From Candidatus Latescibacterota bacterium (GTDB lineage: Bacteria > Latescibacterota > UBA2968 > UBA8231): a stretch of DNA of 64,000 nt. Within the stretch, counting starts at the first letter, position 1. The number at the start of each line of letters is the position of its first letter. A model generated the notes under the pieces. The model saw only the letters and a program-made list of their open reading frames with translations. It had not been told where the DNA came from and searched no databases. Of the stretch, positions 9,388-17,493 are shown piece after piece. The position numbers and the translations under genes are program-made. The stretch lies in contig CBDCSU010000006.1 in NCBI GenBank assembly GCA_965221775.1, positions 2,496,001-2,560,000 of the forward strand. The letters run 5' to 3'.

Positions 9388-10650
9388 CTACCGGACCCTC
9401 ACCCCCGCCTGGAAGACCGCCCTCACGTCGCTGAAGGCGGCCACGTCCTCGGTCGGGTCTCCTTCGAAAGCCGCCAGGTCGGCGGTCTTTCCCGCCTCGA
9501 TCGTCCCCACCTCGTCCGCGATGCCGGCGGCTTCCGCCGAGGTCAGGGTCGCCGAGACCAGGGCCTCGCCGGGGGTGAACCCGCACTCGACCAGCAGCTG
9601 CAGGTCGTAGTCGAGGTGGCCGAACTCGAGGGCCCCCACCCCGGAGTCCGTGCCGGGGACGATCCGTTCCTTCAGGCAGTAGTCGAGCATCCTCCGCATC
9701 AGGTCGATGCGCTTCTCCGCGCGCTGCTCCAGGTGGGCGAGCTGGGCCTCCTCCCCGGCGCCGAGGACCCCCCGGTCGCGCCGCTGCCGCAGCCGCACCA
9801 TCCTCGGGTAGTTGGTCCAGGCCTGCAGGGTGGGGCTGAGCCAGATGCCGGACTCGGCCAGCATCTCGGCGACCTTGGGGTCGAAGCGCATCTGGTGGTC
9901 CGGGTCGAGGAACTCGACGTGCTCGATCAGGTCGATCCCGGCCTCCACGGCGCGCACCATCGACTCCTTGGCGCGGCAGTGGGCCGCCGTGAGCCGGTGG
10001 AACTGGCGCGCCTCCCCCACCAGCGCCCGCAGCTCCCCGGTGGAGTAGGTGGCCAGCCCCGGGATGGTGCCGGCCGTGCCCCCGCCGGAGGCCATCACCT
10101 TGATGTAGTCGGCCCCCTCGTGCACCAGCCGCCGCACCGAGCGGCGGATCTCCTCCTCGCCGTCGGCGATCTCGTTGCACATGTGGAAGTGGCCCCCGGC
10201 GCAGGTGACGGGGCGGCCGCTGACCAGCATCCGCGGCCCCGGGATGTACCCCCGCCGCAGTCCTTCCTTGAGGACGAAACCGACCCGGTTGCGGGCCCCG
10301 TGCTCGCGCAGGGTGGTGATGCCGGCGTCCAGGTGGCGGCGCAGGTTCATGGCCCCGATGAGCGCCATGGTCTCGTCGCTCTCGCCGAAGGTCTGGCCAT
10401 AGGGGCGGCCGTCGCCGGGCAGGCTCAGGTGGGTGTGCCCGTCGATCAGCCCGGGGGTCAGGCAGCAGCCGGGCAGGTCGACGGCCTCGGTCCCCGGCGG
10501 CACCTGCCTCTCGACCGCCTCCGCCGGACCCACCGCGGCGATGACGCCGTCGCGCACGAAGACCGACTCCCCGGTTCGGGCGTTGCCGCCGAGGCCGTCG
10601 GCGAGCAGCCCGGGCCGGATGAGAACCGTCTGTGAGTTCGACTCTGCCAT
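9388..10650 (-). CDS. Amidohydrolase superfamily metal-dependent hydrolase
   Basis: PGLIDGHTHL, GADYIKVMASGG, AAHC, IEH, PGTDSG, GTIEAGKTADL. Confidence 0.88.
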   Translation of the reverse strand: MAESNSQTVLIRPGLLADGLGGNARTGESVFVRDGVIAAVGPAEAVERQVPPGTEAVDLPGCCLTPGLIDGHTHLSLPGDGRPYGQTFGESDETMALIGAMNLRRHLDAGITTLREHGARNRVGFVLKEGLRRGYIPGPRMLVSGRPVTCAGGHFHMCNEIADGEEEIRRSVRRLVHEGADYIKVMASGGGTAGTIPGLATYSTGELRALVGEARQFHRLTAAHCRAKESMVRAVEAGIDLIEHVEFLDPDHQMRFDPKVAEMLAESGIWLSPTLQAWTNYPRMVRLRQRRDRGVLGAGEEAQLAHLEQRAEKRIDLMRRMLDYCLKERIVPGTDSGVGALEFGHLDYDLQLLVECGFTPGEALVSATLTSAEAAGIADEVGTIEAGKTADLAAFEGDPTEDVAAFSDVRAVFQAGVRVR

Positions 10651-10669
10651 TCCGTCTCTCCTTTGGATT

Positions 10670-11710
10670 TCAGGGTTGCCTGCCGCTGTCCGCCCAGACC
10701 GCGTCGGCGTCGCGGATGCGGCGCCATACCCAGGCGAGCTGACTCCGCGAAGGGCCCGCCGACCCGGCCCGCACCGCCGCCGCCGGCGCGACCGGCGCCG
10801 GTGCCCCTCCGGCGGCGATCTCACCGACGACGAACTGGAACACGTAGAGCGGCGCCAGGCCCATGCGCAGGTCGACGAGCAAGACCCGCCGCCCGTCGAC
10901 GCGCGCCGCGTAGTAGCCGTCGGTGAACCACTGCAGCCGCCGCACCGCCCAGCTCTCCGAGAGGGGCTCCAGCAGCCGTCGCCCGCCGTCGCGGCGGCGC
11001 AGCGCCGGGGGCCGGTCGACGCCGTCGGCCAGGGAGTGGTAGCCCTCCAGGTAGTCCCCTTCCGGCGTCATCGCCAGGACCCGCCACAGGAGGCTGTTGA
11101 AGGGGGTGGGCGTGGCCATCAGGCGCTCCACCTCGACGCCTCCCGAGACCGCCGTACGGTGGCCCAGTCCCTCCACGTGGTGCTGGGCCGCGGCCGTCCA
11201 CAGCAGGTAGGCCGTGCTCAGGCAGAGGCCCGCCGTGTTGCACCGGTGCGCCACCCGGCCCGGGCGCACCAGGACGGCGATCACCCCGGCCAGCAGGGGA
11301 AGGGTATAGGCGGGATCGATGATGAAGATCGTCGACCAGGCGACCGGGGCCGTGGGCAGCGGCCACCAGATCTGGGTGCCGTAGGCGGTGAAGGCGTCGA
11401 GCAGGGCGTGGGTCCACAGGCAGGCGAGGACGAGGACCGACCAGCGGCGGCGGTCGCCGCGCACCTGGGGGTGCAGCCGGCCGAGGGCCCACACCAGGAG
11501 CGGCGCGGCGGCGGCCATCACCGGCAGGGAGTGGGTGAAGGAGCGATGGGAGGTGAACTCGAGGACGTCGTTGCCGAGGGGGATGAAGACGTCGAGGTCG
11601 GGCAGGGTCGCCAGGGCCGCGCCCCAGGCGGCGGCCTTGCGTCCGGCGCGGCGGCCGGCAACCGCGTGTCCGACGGCGGCCCCGAGGGCGGCCTGGGAGA
11701 GGGAGTCCAT
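10670..11710 (-). CDS. YdjM-family inner-membrane metal-dependent hydrolase
   Basis: MDSLSQAALGAAV, LPDLDV, HRSFTHSL, THALLDAFTAYGTQ, IFIIDP. Confidence 0.88.
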   Translation of the reverse strand: MDSLSQAALGAAVGHAVAGRRAGRKAAAWGAALATLPDLDVFIPLGNDVLEFTSHRSFTHSLPVMAAAAPLLVWALGRLHPQVRGDRRRWSVLVLACLWTHALLDAFTAYGTQIWWPLPTAPVAWSTIFIIDPAYTLPLLAGVIAVLVRPGRVAHRCNTAGLCLSTAYLLWTAAAQHHVEGLGHRTAVSGGVEVERLMATPTPFNSLLWRVLAMTPEGDYLEGYHSLADGVDRPPALRRRDGGRRLLEPLSESWAVRRLQWFTDGYYAARVDGRRVLLVDLRMGLAPLYVFQFVVGEIAAGGAPAPVAPAAAVRAGSAGPSRSQLAWVWRRIRDADAVWADSGRQP

Positions 11711-11716
11711 CCGGCC

Positions 11717-12295
11717 CTAGTCGTAGTGCTCGCGGGGGCCGCCCAGGATCGGCTCGAAGCGCTCGGGCCAGTCCAGCTCCCCCAGGATCCGGCGCCAGCG
11801 GCCGGGATGGCTGCCGTGGGCGATCACCGGCTCGAACCCCATGCGCAGGTAGATCCTGAGGGCGGGCACGCGGAAGTCGTCGGTCTGCAGGAAGGCGCGG
11901 CGGCGGCCCTCCTCGATGGCCTGGTGCAGGACGGCCAGCGAGGCCAGGCGGCCGAGGCCCCGGCCGCCGTGGCCGGGGTGGCGGGCCACCCAGTGCAGCA
12001 CCGCGGCGTCGCCGCCGTAGCGGGGCAGGACCCAGCAGGAGGCGGTGGCCACGACGCTCCCCGCCGCGTCGAGGACGAGCTTCACCCGCTCCGGCCGGTA
12101 GGGGTCGTCGGCGGCCATCTCGCGCGCGAAGTCGGACTGCCCCGGCCGCCGCTCGAAGGCCAGGTCCATGAGCGCGTTCCAGCCCGCCTCGTCCCCGGGC
12201 CGGAAGTGGCGCACCTCGTAGCCGGCGGGAGGGACCGCGGCCGGCACCTCCCGCAGGTGGGGCCGGCGCATGATCAGCTGGGGCCTCGGGCTCAC
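11717..12295 (-). CDS. GNAT family acetyltransferase
   Basis: LHWVARHPGHGGRGLG, TDDFRVPALRIYLRMGFEP; GTG overlaps the upstream stop. Confidence 0.82.
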   Translation of the reverse strand: MSPRPQLIMRRPHLREVPAAVPPAGYEVRHFRPGDEAGWNALMDLAFERRPGQSDFAREMAADDPYRPERVKLVLDAAGSVVATASCWVLPRYGGDAAVLHWVARHPGHGGRGLGRLASLAVLHQAIEEGRRRAFLQTDDFRVPALRIYLRMGFEPVIAHGSHPGRWRRILGELDWPERFEPILGGPREHYD

Positions 12296-13410
12296 GGCGT
12301 CCCCGTCCAGGCGCGGCTGTCCGGCACCGGCTGCCAGGCGCCCCCGGCGCCCATGGAGGCCTGGGTGACCAGCCCCGGCAGGGTCTGGTCCATGGCCTCG
12401 TGCACGCCCAGCTCCGCCGGAGCGTCGCCGCGCACGGCGTCGACGAAGGCGTGGATCACACGGGCGTCGCTGCCCCCGTGGCCGTGGCGGTCGCCGACGG
12501 TGCCGCGCCAGCGCTCCGGCAGGAACTCCTCCACCAGGTCCTCCAGATCGAGCCAGGTGCCCGCATCCGGCGAGCGCGACCGCAGCCACAGGCGGTGCCG
12601 CTCGCCCGGGGCGCGGGGCGACTCGTAGCAGCCGTCCGTGCCTTGCAGCTGGTAGGTGGTGGTCACGCTGGGGCGGTCGGAGATCATGTCGACGCGCACC
12701 TTGACCAGCCCGCCGCCGGCGAGCCGTCCGAGCATGACGTGGGTGTCCTGGTGGTAGGCGTCGCCCCGGGGGTCGAGATGGTGATGGCCGCTGCCGGCGC
12801 AGCAGACCTCCGTGACCCGCCCCGGCAGCCAGCGCAGGATCGGCCCCAGGGAGTGGGTGCCGTAGGTGATCCCGTCGACGCCGGTCTGCCAGCGCCGCCG
12901 CCAGGGGGTGCGCTCGTTGAGGGCCTTCACCTCGTGGAGGTACTCGCCGTCGGCGAAGTAGGGGGTGCCGAAGAGGCCGTCATCGACGAGGGCGGCCACC
13001 ACGAGGTTGGGCACCGTGTAGTTGCAGTTCTCGGCCAGCATGTAGAGGCCGGGGGAGCGGTGGGCGGCGAGCACCAGGCGCCGGCACTGCTCGAGGTCGA
13101 CGGCGGCGGTGACCTCGCTGAGGACGTGCAGGCCGGCGTCGAGGGCGGCGGTGGACTGCGGGGCGTGGAGGTGCATCGGCGTGGCCACGACCACGGCGTC
13201 GAGGCCGCCGCAGGAGAGCAGGTCGTCGAAAGAGGTGAAGGCGTGCTCGGCGCCGGTCTGGCGGCGGACCTGCTGCAGGCCCTCGGCGTCGGTGTCGCAG
13301 ACGGCGGCGACGCAGGCCACCGACTCCCGGGCCGAGAGCCCCGACAGGAAGGCCCGCCCCCGGGCGCAGGCGCCGGCGATGCCGATGTGGAGCTTCTCGA
13401 CGCGGTTCAC
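12292..13410 (-). CDS. Gfo/Idh/MocA oxidoreductase
   Basis: IGIAG, DAVVVATPMHLHAPQ, HVLSEVTAA, YMLAENCNY, YGTHSLGP, HGHGGSD. Confidence 0.88.
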   Translation of the reverse strand: MNRVEKLHIGIAGACARGRAFLSGLSARESVACVAAVCDTDAEGLQQVRRQTGAEHAFTSFDDLLSCGGLDAVVVATPMHLHAPQSTAALDAGLHVLSEVTAAVDLEQCRRLVLAAHRSPGLYMLAENCNYTVPNLVVAALVDDGLFGTPYFADGEYLHEVKALNERTPWRRRWQTGVDGITYGTHSLGPILRWLPGRVTEVCCAGSGHHHLDPRGDAYHQDTHVMLGRLAGGGLVKVRVDMISDRPSVTTTYQLQGTDGCYESPRAPGERHRLWLRSRSPDAGTWLDLEDLVEEFLPERWRGTVGDRHGHGGSDARVIHAFVDAVRGDAPAELGVHEAMDQTLPGLVTQASMGAGGAWQPVPDSRAWTGTP

Positions 13411-13464
13411 GGCGGTTAGATTCGCCCGGCGCCGGCACCATCGCAAGAGCCCCGGAGCCGTCCC

Positions 13465-16400
13465 GTGCCGAAGTATCGAATCATCCTCGCCCTGTGCGCG
13501 GGCTGTCTGACCGCCGCCCAGGCCCAGGAGGCGCCCAACCCCACCTTCGCCCGGGGGGACTCGCTGCCGGCCGGATGGAGGCTGCGCGGCGAGGGGGAGT
13601 GGCGGACCATCGACGGCGATCCCGGGATCGTCGTCCGCGGCGATGGCCGGGGCTCGGGCGGGTGGCGCTCGGACTCCCTCGCCTTCGAGGCCGGCGGCCT
13701 CTACCGCGTGCGCTTCCGGGCCCGGCGCCTGGAGGGGAGCGGCGGCGGCACCGTCACCTCGGGGGCGGGATTCGCCAACCGCGACCTGGGGGAAACCGGC
13801 TTCGAGTGGCGGCGGTTCAGCTCCGCCTTCGCCGCCCCGGCGGCCTCGAACCCGTACCGCTGGCTGCGCTTCGGCCAGTGGCGGCTGCCCGGCGCCGCCG
13901 CCTTCGACGACATCGAGCTGGACCGGGTGCGCGCCGTGCACCGCCTCGTCGGCGGCGGTCTGCGCCTCGGCCAGGGCGAGCGCCTCGAGGCGGGCCGGTA
14001 CGTCTTCGACTCCCCCCAGCACACGCCGCTGGCCAACATCAGCCGCCCCCTGGAGAGCCACGACGCCGGCTTCAACACCTGCCGCTGGGTCTTCGGCCCC
14101 GGCCAGGAGGTCGTCTTCCGGCACGAGGTGGGGGGCTTCCCGCAGCAGGCGGCAGGAGTCCGCGTGAACCTCAACCACCACACCGGGGGCCACCTGCTCG
14201 TCGAGGTCTCCACTGGCGGCGGCTGGATCACCCTTGGGGTGATGCCGGAGGTCGCCTCGGCCTCCTTCGACGTGCCCGACTCGCTGCTGCCGGCCGCCGC
14301 CGTGCGGGTGCGTCTGCGCGCCGCCGGCGAGGGCGGCGGCGCCTTCCAGGTGGACGACTACGGGTACCAGGCCCGCCTCGACGGGGAGGTTCCGGAGGGG
14401 GACGGGGCCACCCTCCTGGTGTCGGAGGGCGGACGGGCGGGATCCCTGCGCTGCCGGGTGGAGGACCCGGGCCGGCTGCGGCCCGGTCTCATCGACACCC
14501 TCCGCCTCCTCGTCCACAGCGCATCCGCGGAGAGGCTGCCGGCGCGGGTGCGCGCGGTGACGGGGGCCCTCGGGGAGCCGCCGCCGGCTGGGGGCTGGCG
14601 GCAGGTGAAACTCCACCCGGGGGAGAACCGCCTCGCCGTGCCCTGCCGCATCTCGGGGACGGGCACCCTCGTCCTGCATCTCCAGGTGGAGGCGGACGGG
14701 CTCTGGCGGGCCGAGGCCGACCTGGCCCTGTCGATGCTGCACGCCGATGGCTACGGCGAGCTGCTGAGCGCCGAAGGCGCGGACCCGGCGGTGTGGTGGG
14801 CCTCCTCCGGCTGGAAGGTGTCGCGCACGCGGGCCCCGCCTCGGCGGAGGGGCGCGGCGATGGCGATCTCCGCCGCCGGCAACGAGACCGAGGCGGCCCA
14901 GTTCGTCCTGCGTCCCGAGCACCCCCTGCGCGGGCTGCGCCTGCGGCCCACCGATCTGACCGGCCCGGAGGGCGCGGGCATCCCCGCCGATCGCATCGAG
15001 GTCCTGCGCGTGGGATACGTGCCGGTGCGGCGCCCCACCGACCGGGCCGGCGAAGCGGCGTGGTGGCCCGATCCCCTCCTGCCCATCGACTCCGCCCTCG
15101 ACCTGCCGGCGCGGCGCAATCAGCCCTTCTGGGTCCGCGTGTCCGTGCCGCCCTCGACCCGCGCCGGGATCTACGCGGGGGCCCTGGTGCTGACGGCCGC
15201 CGACTACGAGACCCGCGTGCCCCTGCGCCTCGAGGTCTTCGGCTTCGACCTCCCCCGCCGCATGACCTGCGAGACCGCCTTCGGGTTTTACCCCGGCCAC
15301 GTCTGGCGCTACCACGGCGTCGACGACGAGGCCGGCCGCCGGCGCCTCCTCGATCTCTATCTCGAGAGCTTCTCCCGACATCACATCTCCCCCTACGATC
15401 CCGCGCCCCTGGACCCGCCCGCGATCACCTGGCCGGACCTGACGGACCGCGCCGTCGCCGAGGGCGAGGTGATCGAGCCCGAGATCGACTTCACCGCCTG
15501 GGACGCGGCCATGACGCGGGCCATCGAGGAGTACGGCTTCAACACCTTCCGCCTGGGCATCCCCGGAATGGGGGGCGGCAGCTTCCACCGGCGGCGGGAG
15601 CCGGCGCTGCGCGGATTCGCCGCGGACTCGCCGCAGTACCAGGCCCTGTTCCGCGGCTATGCCGGCGCCCTGGAGCGCCACCTGCGCGGCAAGGGCTGGC
15701 TGGACGAGGCCTTCGTCTACTGGTTCGACGAGCCGCAGCCGAAGGACTACGCCTTCGTCATGGACGGTTTCCGCCGGCTGGAGGAGGCCGCCCCCGGCCT
15801 GCGCCGCATGCTCACCGAGCAGGTCGAGCCGGCGCTGGTGGGCGGCCCCGACCTCTGGTGCCCGCTGGCGAGCCGCTTCGACCCGGCGGCCTCGGCCCCG
15901 CGCCGGGAGGCGGGAGACCGCTTCTGGTGGTACCTGTGCACGGTGCCGAAGGCGCCCTACCCCGGCCTGTTCATCGACCGCGCCGGCACCGATCCGCGCG
16001 TCTGGCTGTGGCAGACGTGGCAGGCCGGCGTCGACGGGATCCTCGTGTGGGCGACCAACTACTGGACCAGCGGCGCCGCCTATCCCGAAGGCCTCCAGGA
16101 CCCGTACGAGGACCCCATGAGCTGGGTGTCGCTCCACTCCGGGTCCGTGGGCTCACGCAGGCCGTGGGGCAACGGCGACGGCCGCTTCCTCTACCCGCCC
16201 CCGGGGGCGCTCGGAGAATCGCCGGTGCTGGCCGGCCCCGTGGAGAGCATCCGCTGGGAGATGCTGCGCGACGGCATCGAGGACTACGAGTACCTGGCGA
16301 TGTTGAGGCGGTCCCTGCCCTCGGGGACGGAACTGACCGCCACCGAGCGCCGCCGGCTGGAGGCGCTGTTGGCGGTGCCGCCGGAGATCAGCGTCTCCCT

Positions 16401-16485
16401 GACCCGCTTCACGAAGGACCCGGCGCCGATCGAGGTGCGGCGCCGGGAGCTGGCCGCCGCCGTGGAGAGGCTGGCCGGAGGCTGA
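13465..16485 (+). CDS. Secreted GH123/DUF4091-like glycoside hydrolase with N-terminal CBM-like domains
   Basis: Signal peptide; ISAAGNETEAAQFVL, NQPFWVRV, YWFDEP, WWYLC, GNGDGRFLYP, ESIRWEMLRDGIEDYEYL. Confidence 0.82.
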   Translation: MPKYRIILALCAGCLTAAQAQEAPNPTFARGDSLPAGWRLRGEGEWRTIDGDPGIVVRGDGRGSGGWRSDSLAFEAGGLYRVRFRARRLEGSGGGTVTSGAGFANRDLGETGFEWRRFSSAFAAPAASNPYRWLRFGQWRLPGAAAFDDIELDRVRAVHRLVGGGLRLGQGERLEAGRYVFDSPQHTPLANISRPLESHDAGFNTCRWVFGPGQEVVFRHEVGGFPQQAAGVRVNLNHHTGGHLLVEVSTGGGWITLGVMPEVASASFDVPDSLLPAAAVRVRLRAAGEGGGAFQVDDYGYQARLDGEVPEGDGATLLVSEGGRAGSLRCRVEDPGRLRPGLIDTLRLLVHSASAERLPARVRAVTGALGEPPPAGGWRQVKLHPGENRLAVPCRISGTGTLVLHLQVEADGLWRAEADLALSMLHADGYGELLSAEGADPAVWWASSGWKVSRTRAPPRRRGAAMAISAAGNETEAAQFVLRPEHPLRGLRLRPTDLTGPEGAGIPADRIEVLRVGYVPVRRPTDRAGEAAWWPDPLLPIDSALDLPARRNQPFWVRVSVPPSTRAGIYAGALVLTAADYETRVPLRLEVFGFDLPRRMTCETAFGFYPGHVWRYHGVDDEAGRRRLLDLYLESFSRHHISPYDPAPLDPPAITWPDLTDRAVAEGEVIEPEIDFTAWDAAMTRAIEEYGFNTFRLGIPGMGGGSFHRRREPALRGFAADSPQYQALFRGYAGALERHLRGKGWLDEAFVYWFDEPQPKDYAFVMDGFRRLEEAAPGLRRMLTEQVEPALVGGPDLWCPLASRFDPAASAPRREAGDRFWWYLCTVPKAPYPGLFIDRAGTDPRVWLWQTWQAGVDGILVWATNYWTSGAAYPEGLQDPYEDPMSWVSLHSGSVGSRRPWGNGDGRFLYPPPGALGESPVLAGPVESIRWEMLRDGIEDYEYLAMLRRSLPSGTELTATERRRLEALLAVPPEISVSLTRFTKDPAPIEVRRRELAAAVERLAGG

Positions 16486-16489
16486 TCCT

Positions 16490-16813
16490 TCAGCCCGCCC
16501 CGGCTCCCACCGGCTGGCAGCGATGAACCCGCCCGCAGGAGGGACAGCGGCAGCGCACCCGCCCGAACCAGTCCTGGCCGAGCAGGTGGCGCATGGTGGA
16601 GGCGCCGAAGAGGTGCTCGCAGTCCGGGCAGGCGTAGCGCCGGCGGCGGGCCTGCCAGGCGGCGGCGCCGATGCCGGCCAGCAGGCCCGCGGCGAGGACG
16701 AGGATCAGGCAGGTGACCAGCCCCAGGCTCTCGAACAGCCACGGGCGGGCCACGACATAGAGGCCGGCGACGCACAGCAGGACCACCGCCGGGGCGCGCC
16801 AGGAGGTCAGCAC
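16490..16813 (-). CDS. Small membrane protein with C-terminal zinc ribbon (start uncertain)
   Basis: Two hydrophobic helices followed by YACPDCEHLF and RCPSCG. Confidence 0.6.
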   Translation of the reverse strand: MLTSWRAPAVVLLCVAGLYVVARPWLFESLGLVTCLILVLAAGLLAGIGAAAWQARRRRYACPDCEHLFGASTMRHLLGQDWFGRVRCRCPSCGRVHRCQPVGAGAG

Positions 16814-16970
16814 AGGGTCAGCCGGGGCGGGGCGGTACGGGGGGAGATTGGCGGGCCGGGGGCATGGGGCGCGGTAAACTAGGCATCGTGCCAGGAGGGA
16901 CCAATCGCCGGCCAACGTATCCGGGTGGAAACGCGATCGTCACCGCGGCCACCCAGCCACTCGAGCGCGG

Positions 16971-17222
16971 TCAGAGCTTGATGACGGCGCTGAGGATGCC
17001 GGTCATGGCGACCAGGGTGGCTATGGTCCACCTGAAGTAGGCGTTCAGGGATCGGTTGGTCTCATCGATACGTTGGCCCAGGACGCGGTTGGTTTCGTCG
17101 ATGCGGTGATGAATTCCCCCTATCTGGTTGCGCAGGTCCCGCATGTCTTCGCGCAAATGGAGGATCCCTCGGTGCAACTCTTCGGAGGTGGGGGCGGACT
17201 TGGGGGCGGGGCTATCGGCCAT
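16971..17222 (-). CDS. Small coiled-coil protein with C-terminal membrane anchor (DUF1640/CCDC90-like)
   Basis: RBS AAGGAG; RIDETNR repeated at 11-aa spacing; hydrophobic tail FRWTIATLVAMTGILSAVIKL. Confidence 0.7.
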   Translation of the reverse strand: MADSPAPKSAPTSEELHRGILHLREDMRDLRNQIGGIHHRIDETNRVLGQRIDETNRSLNAYFRWTIATLVAMTGILSAVIKL

Positions 17223-17320
17223 GGCGGGCTCCTTCGGCGCGGCGAGGACAGGAAGAAAAAGCAGTGCACTCCAGGCAAAGCAACCCCTGTGCCGCCGACC
17301 CCGAGATGGAGGTGGATCCC

Positions 17321-17348
17321 TTGACGGGTTGGCCTCCCCGCCTACCTT
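17321..17348 (+). promoter_or_regulatory. Putative sigma-70 promoter of the TPP riboswitch leader
   Basis: TTGACG-N16-TACCTT directly upstream of the aptamer. Confidence 0.55.
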
Positions 17349-17360
17349 GAGCATACGACA

Positions 17361-17443
17361 TCCGTTGGGGGTGGCCGGCTCTCCGGCCTGAGATCAGAAC
17401 CCTTCGAACCTGACCTGGATCATGCCAGCGTAGGGAAACGGAC
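17361..17443 (+). ncRNA. TPP (THI-box) riboswitch
   Basis: GGGG..CTGAGA..ACCCTTCGAACCTGA.CTGGAT.ATGCCAGCGTAGGGAA consensus, closed by a CCGTT/AACGG stem; lies upstream of a thiamine pyrophosphokinase operon. Confidence 0.95.
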
Positions 17444-17453
17444 CAGCGCCATC

Positions 17454-17489
17454 AGAGGCCGTTTCCCCCGTCTGGAGAAAGCGGCCTCT
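17454..17489 (+). promoter_or_regulatory. Riboswitch expression platform: RBS-sequestering hairpin
   Basis: AGAGGCCGTTTCCCC pairs with GGAGAAAGCGGCCTCT, which contains the likely SD, just before ATG 17494. Confidence 0.7.
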
Positions 17490-17493
17490 TCGT

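Noticed and set aside
10433-12628. 731-aa plus-strand ORF spanning several genes
   Set aside because: No motifs; overlaps four well-supported minus-strand genes
12292-16137. 1281-aa minus-strand ORF
   Set aside because: Only 12292-13410 encodes a Gfo/Idh/MocA protein; the rest is the antisense shadow of the glycoside hydrolase
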